This document shows positions 49,505 through 49,837 of a stretch of 49,837 nucleotides of DNA, one piece after another. Both the position numbers and the translations under genes were made by a program. The notes under the pieces were generated by a model. The model searched no databases and was not told the DNA's origin. It saw only the letters and a program-made list of their open reading frames with translations. This DNA is from Candidatus Woesearchaeota archaeon UBA153. Its GTDB lineage: Archaea; Nanobdellota; Nanobdellia; Woesearchaeales; UBA525. The DNA is taken from positions 1-49,837 of the forward strand of contig DASH01000093.1 of assembly GCA_002503705.1 (NCBI GenBank). The letters run 5' to 3'. Position 1 is the first letter of the stretch, and each line of letters opens with the position of its first letter.

Positions 49505-49837
49505 ATGGCTGATCCGGTGAAGAATATCGAGAAGCTCAAGTCGACGTTCACGAACGTGACGAGCGAGATCGCGAAGAAGATCGTCGGCCAGAACGAGGTC
49601 GTCGAGCAGATGGTCGTCGCGATATTGTGCGACGGCAACGCGCTCCTCGAGAGCTACCCTGGCTTGGGGAAGACGAGCATGGTGAAGGCGACCGCGGAAG
49701 TCCTCGGGTTGAAGTTCGCGCGCATCCAGGGGACGCCGGACTTGATGCCGAGCGACATCATCGGCACGTACGTCATTGAGGAGAAGGACGGGAAGAAGAT
49801 CTTCAAGTTCCAGAAAGGCCCGATCTTCGCGAACATC
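49505..49837 (+). CDS. MoxR-family AAA+ ATPase, N-terminal part (continues beyond the window)
   Basis: Not in the ORF track as a plus-strand ORF because it is open at the edge. Own translation: MADPVKNIEKLKSTFTNVTSEIAKKIVGQNEVVEQMVVAILCDGNALLESYPGLGKTSMVKA...GTPDLMPSDIIG. This gives Walker A GLGKT and the MoxR-typical DLMPSDI motif. gaggtgg lies upstream. Confidence 0.8.
   Translation, partial: MADPVKNIEKLKSTFTNVTSEIAKKIVGQNEVVEQMVVAILCDGNALLESYPGLGKTSMVKATAEVLGLKFARIQGTPDLMPSDIIGTYVIEEKDGKKIFKFQKGPIFANI

Overview
GC-rich window that looks archaeal. Evidence: TATA-like boxes (consensus near tttataaa) about 26-30 nt upstream of many start codons, so many first genes are leaderless. There is also an intron-containing tRNA-Trp, an S26-type signal peptidase and an AbrB-PhoU regulator. 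I call about 40 protein genes; most other long ORFs in the track are antisense or shadow frames of these.

Content from left to right:
(1) A translationally coupled envelope-glycan operon (1158-12448). It encodes a Dpm1/GtrB-like GT2, a GtrA domain fused to a GH9-like/PEGA surface protein, a processive cellulose-synthase-like GT2, a YfhO-like GT-C membrane protein and a GH8 glycanase. A convergent secreted GH8-like protein follows.
(2) PKD, TSP3/CARDB and Cys-rich secreted proteins, sugar-nucleotide enzymes and small winged-helix regulators.
(3) tRNA-Trp(CCA) with a 46-nt intron.
(4) A thioredoxin-fold/DsbA-like/signal-peptidase cluster with a Csa3/CARF-like regulator.
(5) pgi, then a LysM...HTH membrane protein.
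(6) A BatA/vWA/MoxR cluster that runs off the right edge.

The most interesting signals are non-coding:
- Family A: four dispersed copies of a 131-219 nt element. Its 13-15 bp closing helix and an internal helix covary between copies, while junction strands and C-rich loops stay conserved.
- Family B: three copies closed by an invariant CUGGCGCGG/CCGCGCCAG helix.
- Family C: two promoter-like copies followed by a covarying hairpin.
- Short tandem repeats sit on many gene boundaries.

All alignments and folds were done by eye. No database search or folding program was run.
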